Part shown: piece after piece, positions 23,864-36,177 of the stretch
Layout: each line of letters starts with the position of its first letter
How positions within the stretch are numbered: position 1 is the stretch's first letter
Source of the DNA: Amphiscolops sp. MND2022
Lineage: Eukaryota
Direction of reading: 5' to 3'
Length of the DNA stretch: 64,000 nt
Assembly: GCA_964187785.1 (NCBI GenBank)
Contig: OZ076409.1
Coordinates: forward strand, 49,168,001-49,232,000
Position numbers and translations under genes: made by a program
Notes under the pieces: model-generated
Seen by the model: only the letters and a program-made list of their open reading frames with translations
Database searches by the model: none
Told to the model about the DNA's origin: nothing

Positions 23864-26800
23864 CTTCGCGACAACTCCAATACGATCATTTCGTCTCTGT
23901 CTGACAATACATCAAATCGGACCCTCCTACAAAAACTTTTCAAAACTATAAACAACAATTGATGGGCTATCCCTCTGTTGTCTGGCAGCAACAGATGGAA
24001 AAATCTATCATCACTACCTATAATAATACCCACCTTTACCAAAAACCAATTCCTGCTTGTGATCCTGATTATAAGACAACCTTCACTACCCGATTCAGGC
24101 CCATTCCCTTGATTGATGACTACAATCCATCGTATATTGACCCAGACTATGGCATAGACCCCTTTTGGGACTTTGAGCTCTATAACCAGGACCTATTACA
24201 ATTCCAATATTTCCTAGACGACATTGAGCACTATAAAACAACAGTCCACGAAAATCCTCCAATAACCCATAACATAAAAACAAGTGGTGATCGAAAATTG
24301 GCAGATGAATGATGGAACCAATCATCCAGTGTTCCCAAACACCTGGGGATCGAGAATTCCGAAAACAAAGATGAATCGATTCCAAAATCACTACTAGACG
24401 AGAAACAATTCCAAAACGTCCTCATTACCAAAGAGGGTGAACCAGACTCTATACCGCTGTCAACCAATATAAACCTCAAATGCAAGAAGCGTATGTTGTT
24501 TTTCCCAATGGGTTTTGGGGAATTGACCATAAATGGCCTAATAGACACTGGGGCATTATCCAGTGCCCTTCCTGAAGTGGACTTTCGGAAAATTCGACTC
24601 CTTTCGGCACAATCTGTTATCCGGGAAGGTCAGCCTCCGAACATTCAAATCATGGTCGCAAATGGGCAATTAGAAACTCCTAAAAGTACTATAGAGCTCA
24701 AATTTCAGGTTGGTGACATTGAGTTTCATGAAATCTTCATAGTAATGGAGAACTTAACGGGACCAATCATTGGACTGTTTTTCCTCCAGAGAAATCATAC
24801 AGTTTTGGATATGAGGCGAGGAAATTTGAATTTCCGTTCTTCTCGATGCTGCTCAAAACAGCTGATCACCGATACTCCAATGTCTTGGAGCCAATCCTCA
24901 ACCCGACTGAAATCACCATTCCACTAAATGACAGAGTCCTGTTCAGGACAAATTCTTTACTCTACCCTGAGAACACTGTCACTGGCATACTGCAACCAAG
25001 TGATCTGCTAAACAAAGAAGGCGACATTACCTTTTGCCCAGCTTTGGTGACTCTGAACGATGACAAAATATCGATTCCTGTGAACAACTTCACAGTTGAC
25101 CCCTACAAACTCAAGAAAGGACTCCATATTGCCAGTTTCTCTGTCGTGACGCCAGAACAAATGAAGTACGTCGAACCGGTTGGTCCGGTATCGACCTGGC
25201 ATCTCTTACAAAATGACTAAGAGCAGGCAGCCCATTATGTCAGCAGTCTCATCAAGACCAATAAAATTCCACAGAATAGAGAAAAATATTGGTTCCCAAA
25301 TCCGGAAAACCCAGGTAACACGGAGGAGCACACGCCAATCTAGAAACGAAGACAACAAAAACTACAGGCCCAACAGGACCTGGAGACTCTAGACCCGACT
25401 AAAGATGAAGAATCTAGGGAAAATTCCCAGGAAATTTTGATTGGAAGGATTCCGTTTCAACTGCGGACGAAAGAGCAAAAATTGAAGAACTATTAGTGGA
25501 ATTCCATGATAATTTCTCCAGACACGTATTTGATATAGGCATGAATGAAGAATTCAAGGTAAAACTAACGCCCAAGGATGATTCCCCAGCCTATAGCCAG
25601 AGCCTCCCAGGACCAATAAACCTAAAGAAGGACATCCTAGTCGAACTAGCTATGTTGCATAAATATGGATTCATCACTTCTCTACCATTCTCGAAGTACG
25701 CTAGTCCGATATTTGCTGAAAAGAAGCCAAATGGAAAACTGCGACTCCTGGTTGACCTGAGAAAAATCAACAACCTAAATTCGGATGATTACATAAACAA
25801 TAATCACCCTGTCGGTACCCTAGTTGATGCCGCCCAGCACATAGCAGGCAATAAGCTTTTTTGTAAATTAGACTGTTCATAAGAGTATCACTGCCTCCAG
25901 ATGGCCGACCAACGGTCAATTGAAATGTTAACCTTCAATTTTGCAAGTCGCACATTTGCCTACAGACGTTTGGCACAAGGCCTCAGTCGGGCGCTATCCC
26001 CGTTCTTCAGTTTCATGCAATACCTTGATAAAATTATCAAAGCGGACCGGTGTGCCCAGTACGTGGACGATATTGGCATCGCAGCCAACGACGCTGATCA
26101 TCTCATCGCTAACCTTAGAGCAACATTTCAATGCATTCAGGAAGCAGTCTTAAATTGACAATGCACAAATGCCATTTCGGTGCTAGAGAGATTGATTTCC
26201 TAGGACGAACAATTACCCCACAAGGTGTTAAACCGCAGAGGCACATTGTTCAAAACTTTTTTGAAAAAACCAAATTTCCGAAGTCAAAAAAGGCCTTACA
26301 AAGATGTTTGGGATTCTTGAACTACTACAAAAACTACGTCCCAAGACTTTCTGAACGCCTTGCGCCATTCTACAAGTTGCTGAAGAGTGACGAAAAGGTC
26401 CTAATATCGAAGGAATTGGTTCAACAATTTGAGGAAATCAACCGAGCATTAGACAATTGTTGCGACTTGGCCCTACAACAACCGATTCTGAACAAACAAA
26501 TCGCACTGAAGACAAATGCTAGTTTTGGGGCTGCTGGATACGCAGTGCTAATCGATGTTGACCCAAGTCAGAAATTCACTTCAATCCGCAAATCCTATGC
26601 TCGATACCGACATTATGCAAGCAACCAAGAACGAATTGTAGTCAAGGAAGAGATCCTGACCAGGCACTACTTCGACGAAACAGGGAATGTAAAATACCAT
26701 CAAATTCTACTCCCGCAGCACTTGCTTCAGGAACTGCTTCAGTCTTTTCACGGGACTGCTCTTAAGCACCCTGGCATATTAAAGATGTTACAGAAGATCA

Positions 26801-29472
26801 GGCAGAGGTATTACTACCCTAGCATGGCAAAGTATGTTTAAAAAGTGGGTAGAAGGGTGCGAACAATGCGCCAGGGACAAACACGTCCCCAATGCAACGA
26901 TCACGCCTGAACTACGCAACTTGCCGGAATGGGACCTTTTTGCAAGTCGCACATTTGCCTACAGACGTTTGGCACAAGGCCTCAGTCGGGCGCTATCCCC
27001 GTTCTTCAGTTTCATGCAATACCTTGATAAAATTATCAAAGCGGACCGGTGTGCCCAGTACGTGGACGATATTGGCATCGCAGCCAACGACGCTGATCAT
27101 CTCATCGCTAACCTTAGAGCAACATTTCAATGCATTCAGGAAGCAGTCTTAAATTGACAATGCACAAATGCCATTTCGGTGCTAGAGAGATTGATTTCCT
27201 AGGACGAACAATTACCCCACAAGGTGTTAAACCGCAGAGGCACATTGTTCAAAACTTTTTTGAAAAAACCAAATTTCCGAAGTCAAAAAAGGCCTTACAA
27301 AGATGTTTGGGATTCTTGAACTACTACAAAAACTACGTCCCAAGACTTTCTGAACGCCTTGCGCCATTCTACAAGTTGCTGAAGAGTGACGAAAAGGTCC
27401 TAATATCGAAGGAATTGGTTCAACAATTTGAGGAAATCAACCGAGCATTAGACAATTGTTGCGACTTGGCCCTACAACAACCGATTCTGAACAAACAAAT
27501 CGCACTGAAGACAAATGCTAGTTTTGGGGCTGCTGGATACGCAGTGCTAATCGATGTTGACCCAAGTCAGAAATTCACTTCAATCCGCAAATCCTATGCT
27601 CGATACCGACATTATGCAAGCAACCAAGAACGAATTGTAGTCAAGGAAGAGATCCTGACCAGGCACTACTTCGACGAAACAGGGAATGTAAAATACCATC
27701 AAATTCTACTCCCGCAGCACTTGCTTCAGGAACTGCTTCAGTCTTTTCACGGGACTGCTCTTAAGCACCCTGGCATATTAAAGATGTTACAGAAGATCAG
27801 GCAGAGGTATTACTACCCTAGCATGGCAAAGTATGTTTAAAAAGTGGGTAGAAGGGTGCGAACAATGCGCCAGGGACAAACACGTCCCCAATGCAACGAT
27901 CACGCCTGAACTACGCAACTTGCCGGAATGGGACCTTTTTGCAAGTCGCACATTTGCCTACAGACGTTTGGCACAAGGCCTCAGTCGGGCGCTATCCCCG
28001 TTCTAAAGTTGCATGGACCCGAAGACGCCATGCAGATTGACCTTTTGCCGAACCTTCCCCCTAGTTGAGGATATGAAAATGTCCCTAACTGCAATTGATG
28101 TCTTCGCTCGATATCTGTTCGCTTATCTTCTTACGGACGCTTCAGCAATCAATATAGCAAGAGTGCACATTCATATAATGACGAAACATGCGTATTTACC
28201 AACAACACTCATTACTGACAAAGGAACTGCATTCACTTCTACGATTATTGCGGAGATTACGCAAATTTTGGGAATCACACTCACATGTGCAATAACTCAA
28301 CATCCGCAAACAATCGGGAAATTGGAACAAACACATGCTTCACTGAAGACGAATCTAAAAATGGCATGTGGGGAAAATCGCCGACAATGGCATAAATACT
28401 TGCCATTAGCAGTTCTCAATCACAATACGAGCTATCACGCAAGCACCGGTTGTGAACCAACAAGAGTATTCCATGGACGAGTTCCAGACGATATCTTGGA
28501 TCACAAACTCGGAAATAATCCAAACGAGCAGATCACTCCCACAACTGAATTCGCGGAAGAAATCCAGAACCGGACAAAACTTTTGATTGACAAGACAAAG
28601 CAGAATATCATGCAATACTACATTGAATACAAGGAATATTTTGACCGCAAAGAAAAAGCGGCACCGCTCAAAGAAAACGATTACTGTTTTGTACTACAGT
28701 CAAAAGCGGGTCACCAAGGATCAAAGATCCCATTCAGATATTATCATTGGAATGGACCATTTGTAGTCCAGAAAATTTTACCTAATGAGAATTACATCAT
28801 CCGCAGACTCAATACAAATAAAACTCAGATCTTGCACCGAATTTGCCTTAAAAAGTTTGTTCCCAATCAACCACTTGAGGACAATTTCCGAGATGAACGC
28901 TTGCAACCAGACACAAAAATTTTCATTCCGCAAGACGACTTATATGAAATAACGCGGAAACAAACATCGGTGACCAGCTAGCTACACGAGGCAATGAGCC
29001 TATTCCGACTAGCTTACCGAATGGCGTACAGCCGGTTAGGACAGAAACGAATTCAAGTGACACACACGAGAATGAAGCGGATTACATAATCACGACTGAC
29101 AGTCCGAATGCCGTCAGCGACGCAGCTCAAAATCAAATTGAAAGAGTGAAAAGTGACGTCAGTAATAGAAATGAAGCTATCAAAGCTGTTAGAAATGAAA
29201 ACTCTGATTGGCCAGATTCGGCCGTTCACCACAAAGATCAAGACAAATCTTTGCCGGATCTGTCCGAAAGTCAGAACAACGATGCAAATTTTTCAGAAAG
29301 AAACTCTGCTAACAAAAACGATGCACAAAACTCTCCAAAAAAGGGGGATGATATTATCGTGCCCGAAACATTGCAAAAAGATAATAAAAACGAAAGTCTG
29401 AGCCCTAGAGGAGGGAAATACAATCTTAGGCCTAACCCCAACCCAAACTCCTTAGAAGATTTCAGATACTAA
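23860..29472 (+). pseudogene. pol: pol (protease, RT, mostly deleted RNase H, integrase), with a 999-bp internal tandem duplication
   Basis: LIDTGA protease, KKPNGKLRLLVDLRKIN, KLDCS, QYVDDI, IDFLG, LGFLNYY, H..KHPG..C..C integrase zinc finger, ITDKGTAFTS, HPQTIGKLE, W.GPF, terminal YNLRPNP. Confidence 0.92.
25939..28004 (+). repeat. 999-bp tandem duplication (2 full copies plus ~68 bp of a third)
   Basis: ORFs 26131-26841 and 27130-27840 are identical 236-aa translations; junction GAATGGGACC|TTTTTGCAAGTCGC. Confidence 0.95.
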
Positions 29473-31177
29473 AAGATTGAATTTACCCAAAAACGGGCAT
29501 TCTTCGTTTTCTGTTATCTTTTCTTTTCAGTCCCTTTTTTCTTCGCAGTTTTAGAATAAATACTGGGGCAATACAACAAAGATCCCTTACAAGCAAATAA
29601 ATACGGGATCAAGAGTGACAGAAACTAACAAAGGTACATGAATAATTACAGGAAAGTGCAGAGAATTAAACAAAGTGTACAAAAGCACTGTGTACATAGA
29701 TACAAATGTACACTTAGTTTTTAGAGTGTCCTGCAACGGATTCGTCAACTACTGAGGAAGTTCTCGAGCCTGAAGAAGCTCATTTCATTTTCCTCCGCTT
29801 CCTATCACTGGGAGTTCGGACAGCAGGAGTGTCGCTTATGGTGAATACATCTTGATAAGGTGGGATGTTGGCCCTATCCAGTGACTCAGATACAGCGGAA
29901 CGATAGGCAGATACCTTAGACTGGTAAATTTTACCTCTTCCAAAGCCATCGACATATGTCCAAGGGTCATATGTGGGAGAGAAGGACAATTGACCCAAAG
30001 AGGCAGACAGGAGAGAGAAGCTATTTAGATTAGTTTTATTGCTGCAAAAGGCAACGGAACCAGGGACGGACGAGAGGTAACTCTGACATGGCAGGACAAC
30101 ATCAGTGAATCTGCTCTGATGTCCTAAAGTGCTGATTGACCCCATCGTAACTGCGGGATAACTAGGACTAATGGAGGTGGCACACAGGCAACATAGTTTG
30201 GATAAATGAAGCAAATGCTGCATAAACTCCCGATTGATGAGGAAATCAATCAGAATCCTGAAGCATTTTCAACTCAAACCCTACAAACTTCAGAACCCAG
30301 GCACAGATCAAGATCAGAGTGATTTAGTTACTCACCCTAGTCCGTACGCCTTGCCCTTGCTGTTGTGGAGCATGAAGCGTTAAGTATGCTATCACCGATT
30401 TCCACTCCTCAATGAGTTCTTGGCAGATTGTGGGTAAAGTCTGCAAATCCAGTCTGCAGCTGGTTACTGCCTAAAAGGAAAGTCCCGAATTCGCCATGTT
30501 TTAGGAGAGTTAACCTTAATCTTGTCCTAAGCATTCTTTACTAGCATAAAAGTAGGGTTTACTTACTTGAATGAGTTCAGGGCTTCCTTGCATCCAATCC
30601 TCTGTGAGCGATCCTCCTAGAGAAATCACAAAGCCCCTCAGCACAGAGAAAAAGTCGATGTGTCCAAAGACACTGTAGCTGGTCTTATGCATCAAACGCG
30701 GCAGGTCCAGTTGTTCGAAGCGAAAGCAGCTTTGGACAGAGCGGGTAAAGCTTGGCATCTCATCGATTGTGCGGACGAAGTCGACTGGACACCCGGAACA
30801 GGCCACTTTATCAGCTTTAGTCGAGGGCACAGACAGCAGTCGAGCAAGGGACCCCAACTCTCCAGTTAACTCAGTAGAGGGCATTCCACTGCGGCAAACC
30901 AGGACTCGGCATAGCTCCGAAATCTTCCAAAAGCGCAGGGACATGATTCTGCTGGCCCCCTCGTCCTCAAATTCAAGTCCGAAACACTGTTCTGTGGCAA
31001 CATGCTCAGCGATGTCGCTCATCGCGCAATTGAATATGTGCTGGAATATGGCTTGAAATGGAAACAAAATGTTAAGGACCTTATTAGATGACTGTTACGA
31101 ACTTTGTTCAATCGCTACTTTGGCTATTTTGGGTGTTTTTTGCTAATCTCCTGCTAGGACTGTTTTCCGAACTCTAG

Positions 31178-34100
31178 TTGACATCTTGATGAAGATATGA
31201 TTGTTTTGAACAATGTATTTGAATTGTAAATTTTGAGCTTTGCGTTTTACGAAGGTAGATATTCAATCAAAATGGAGAACAAAACTGAAACGCAGGTTAA
31301 ACAACAAATTGAATTGAATAATTTTACAGGTACAAGCAATAATACCCTCCTAGCATCATCTGTTCATACTCGCGTACTTTAATTTCCATCGAGATATTAG
31401 TCACTTCCTGTAATTTTGCGTCAAAATTTTGATCTGCGTTCGTCAATTTTCAAGACACAGCAATTCTAATCTAGTATTAGTCATCAACCATGATCATATC
31501 ATTTCATTCCGGTGTCCTTTTGTTTCCTCCCAAGCAGAAAGTAGTTATTACTTCAGTCTGTCAAACCGGAAATTTCCCCGTTTTACTGCTTTGGTTCGTA
31601 AGAAACCGACGCGTATATGACGCTGACGTGAACAACTAATACCTGATTTTGAATTTTTACTTGAAAAAAATATGACTAATTATCTTGATTTAGACAATTT
31701 GGTGATGCTAAAAGAGTGACTGATTTACATGAGGTTAATCAATTATATATTTCAACATTTAACATTTATTTATCTGAATAAAGTTAAGAGGAACACCTTT
31801 GAGCAGCAATATAAGACGACTTGACATCGTCAAACAGTCAATGAATTTATAAAATTAGGTAATCAAAGCATACATTTAACACGCCTGCTTAGACTGCACT
31901 TTATTAACACAAACTGAAGATAAACTGTGACTCTCCAATTTAAAAAGCGTTAAAACACTGGTATTTTAAGTTAGTCTGAAAAATCCTGGCTTAAATACCA
32001 TATTCCGTTCCAATTCAATCTTAGTCGACGCAATACAGACGTAGAAAAAAGTTTTCTCAACTTCTAGTATATTAGTTGACGTAGCGTTGACGTAGATTCA
32101 AAATTTGGCTTGGTTAGTTAAATTGTGACGTAGTGTTGACGTTGATTCATATTCTAGCTTCGACTAGATTTACCGTAGTAAAGTAAGGCTTCTTTTAAAT
32201 TCAATACTGACTTAAACGCCTAATTTCATAAATTTGGGACGTAGTGTGGACGTAACTTTGGTATTAGACTTAGTCCGCAATTATAGTGGCCGTAGCGTGG
32301 ACGTAAATTTGGTATATTGGACGGATTAAACCAGCTATTTTGATGGAAAATACTCAATTACGTCTAATTTCATTATCTTGTCAACGTCATGTTGACGCGT
32401 TTTCTTGGCAGAATTTAAGCTTCATAAACTTGTCAACGTCATGTTGACGAGTTTTCTTGGCAGAAATGAGATTTTGACTAGTTTGACGTGATGCTGACGA
32501 GTATTTAGAAATAGACTTTAGCTAGTTAGCTGCCAGCGCTGTGACGTCACATTGGCGGAAAATTGGAATGTTTTCTAATAAACTATTAGTATAGGAGGAT
32601 AATCGGAATGATTTTCTGGTATGCGTAGACAAGGCTGTGACGTAGCGTAGTCGCGACGCAAATTCAATCGTTTTGGCGAAGCGGTGACGTAAATTAGTTT
32701 TAGTTTGCTTTTAATTCAATCCAGTCCGGGCGCGGACTGTGACAGGGCCACTGTCATGGGAAGAAGAGTTCCCGTGGGCATGATAAAATACAAGAGAGGA
32801 TAGTGTGATTTGTATACTTTCAAGACGACTGTTTCTGTACTAGGAAAAAAATTTCCATTCAGATTTGGAGAAAATTTTTCTCTTCACTTGTTTGTTTATC
32901 AATCTCCAGCTTTTCTTTAATCATAATTGTTGACGTAACTTCATTCTTTTTGCGGCAGCTAATTTTAATGATATGTTTCCGTTGTACTTTGCAGGAAAAT
33001 TATTAAAATGTAGTCGCTATGTATGAGCGGAAATGTGTGAAGATAAGTTCGTTATGACTTAGGCTATAAAATCATTCATAATTTAATTTAAATTTTGATG
33101 CTCTTAACTGGTCACAGTTTATTTCAGCTTAATAAAAGCGTCTAACTGTTTTCATAATGCATCCATGACAACGGACAAAACGGCACCTTTTGGCAAGCAC
33201 AATCCAGGCCGGGAGCGGACTGTGACAGGGCCACTGTCATGGGATAAAACACTCTCGTGTTGTTGAATCGTGGTCGAGGTGGACATAGCAGCTCGTGCCC
33301 ATTTGAGTCTGTTACTTTCTCTCTAGCCGTTGATAGACTGACTTATTTCACTGGCTCATTCAGATCATTCAGCCAATTTTTCCTGTGAGGATCCCACTTA
33401 CGTAGACGACCAACGGTAGAGGGTTTTTTTGAGGTTTTAATGAGGTCACTTTTACGTCACTTTATAGAGGGTTGTTTTAACCCTGTTTTTTCCCAATGAC
33501 AACAATCTTGCGTCCTTTTATACTGGGTTGTTATAACCCGGTCATTTGCGACGTCAACTTTGCGTCGTCTTTGTAAATGGGCTGTTATATTGACATCTTG
33601 ATGAAGATATGATTTTTTTGAACAATGTATTTGAATTGTAAATTTTGAGCTTTGCGTTTTACGAAGGTAGATATTCAATCAAAATGGAGAACAAAACTGA
33701 AACGCAGGTTAAACAACAAATTGAATTGTATAATTTTACAGGTACAAGCAATAATACCCTCCTAGCATCATCTGTTCATACTCGCGTACTTTAATTTCCA
33801 TCGAGATATTAGTCACTTCCTGTAATTTTGCGTCAAAATTTTGATCTGCGTTCGTCAATTTTCAAGACACGGCAATTCTAATCTAGTATTAGTCATCAAC
33901 CATGATCATATCATTTCATTCCGGTGTCCTTTTGTTTCCTCCCAAGCAGGAAGTAGTTATTACTTCAGTCTGTCAAACCGGAAATTTCCCCGTTTTACTG
34001 CTTTGGTTCGTAAGAAACCGACGCGTATATGACGCTGACGTGAACAACTAATACCTGATTTTGAATTTTTACTTGAAGAAAAATATGACTAATTATCTTG

Positions 34101-36001
34101 ATTTAGACAATTTGGTGATGCTAAAAGAGTGACATTTTACATGAGGTTATTCAATTATATATTTCAACATTTAACAATTATTTATCTGAATAAAGTTAAG
34201 AGGAACACCTTTGAGCAGCAATATAAGACGACTTGACATCGTCAAACAGTCAATGAATTTATAAAATTAGGTAATCAAAGCATACATTTAACACGCCTGC
34301 TTAGACTGCACTTTATTAACACAAACTGAAGATAAACTGTGACTCTCCAATTTAAAAAGCGTTAAAACACTGGTATTTTAAGTTAGTCTGAAAAATCCTG
34401 GCCTAAATACCATATTCCGTTCCAATTCAATCTTAGTCGACGCAATACTGACGTAGAAAAAAGTTTTCTCAACTTCTAGTATATTAGTTGACGTAGCGTT
34501 GACGTAGATTCAAAATTTGGCTTGGTTAGTTAAATTGTGACGTAGTGTTGACGTTGATTCATATTCTAGCTTCGACTAGATTTACCGTAGTAAAGTAAGG
34601 CTTCTTTTAAATTCAATACTGACTTAAACGCCTAATTTCATAAATTTGGGACGTAGTGTGGACGTAACTTTGGTATTAGACTTAGTCCGCAATTATAGTG
34701 GCCGTAGCATGGACGTAAATTTGGTATTTTGGACGGATTAAAACAGCTATTTTGATGGAAAATACTCAATTACGTCTAATTTCATTATCTTGTCATCGTC
34801 ATGTTGACGCGTTTTCTTGGCAGAATTTAAGCTTCATAAACTTGTCAACGTCATGTTGACGAGTTTTCTTGGCAGAAATGAGATTTTGACTAGTTTGACG
34901 TGATGCTGACGAGTATTTAGAAATAGACTTTAGCTAGTTAGCTGCCAGCGCTGTGACGTCACATTGGCGGAAAATTGGAATGTTTTCTAGTAAACTATTA
35001 GTATAGGCGGATAATCGGAATGATTTTCTGGTATGCGTAGACAAGGCTGTGACGTAGCGTAGTCGCGACGCAAATTCAATCGTTTTGGCGAAGCGGTGAC
35101 GTAAATTAGTTTTAGTTTGCTTTTAATTCAATCCAGTCCGGGCGCGGACTGTGACAGGGCCACTGTCATGGGAAGAAGAGTTCCCGTGGGCATGATAAAA
35201 TACAAGAGAGGATAGTGTGATTTGTATACTTTCAAGACGACTGTTTCTGTACTAGGAAAAAAATTTCCATTCAGATTTGGAGAAAATTTTTCTCTTCACT
35301 TGTTTGTTTATCAATCTCCAGCTTTTCTTTAATCATAATTGTTGACGTAACTTCATTCTTTTTGCGGCAGCTAATTTTAATGATATGTTTCCGTTGTACT
35401 TTGCAGGAAAATTATTAAAATGTAGTCGCTATTTATGAGCGGAAATGTGTGAAGATAAGTTCGTTATGACTTAGGCTATAAAATCATTCATAATTTAATT
35501 TAAATTTTGATGCTCTTAACTGGTCACAATTTATTTCAGCTTAATAAAAGCGTCTAACTGTTTTCATAATGCATCCATGACAACGGACAAAACGGCACCT
35601 TTTGGCAAGCACAATCCAGGCCGGGAGCGGACTGTGACAGGGCCACTGTCATGGGATAAAACACTCTCGTGTTGTTGAATCGTGGTCGAGGTGGACATAG
35701 CAGCTCGTGCCCATTTGAGTCTGTTACTTTCTCTCTAGCCGTTGATAGACTGACTTATTTCACTGGCTCATTCAGATCATTCAGCCAATTTTTCCTGTGA
35801 GGGTCCCACTTACGTAGACGACCAACGGTAGAGGGTTTTTTTTGAGGTTTTAATGAGGTCACTTTTACGTCACTTTATAGAGGGTTGTTTTAACCCTGTT
35901 TTTTCCCAATGACAACAATCTTGCGTCCTTTTATACTGGGTTGTTATAACCCGGTCATTTGCGACGTCAACTTTGCGTCGTCTTTGTAAATGGGCTGTTA
36001 T
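31178..36001. repeat. 2412-bp tandem duplication of LTR plus adjacent internal sequence
   Basis: 31178-33589 is nearly identical to 33590-36001 (e.g. ORFs 31429 and 33841). Confidence 0.92.
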
Positions 36002-36177
36002 AACCCGGTCATTTGCGACGTCAATCTTGCGTCGTCTTTGTAAATGGGCTGTTATAACCGGGTCATTTGCGACGTCAATCTTGCGTAGTCTTTGTATATG
36101 GGCTGTTATAACCCGGTCATTTGCGACGTCATTCTTGCGTCGTCTTTGTATATGGGCTGTTATAACCCGGTCATTTT
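35916..36177. repeat. 54-bp minisatellite, about 5 copies
   Basis: GTTATAACC(C/G)GGTCATTT recurs at 35943, 35997, 36051, 36105 and 36159. Confidence 0.92.
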
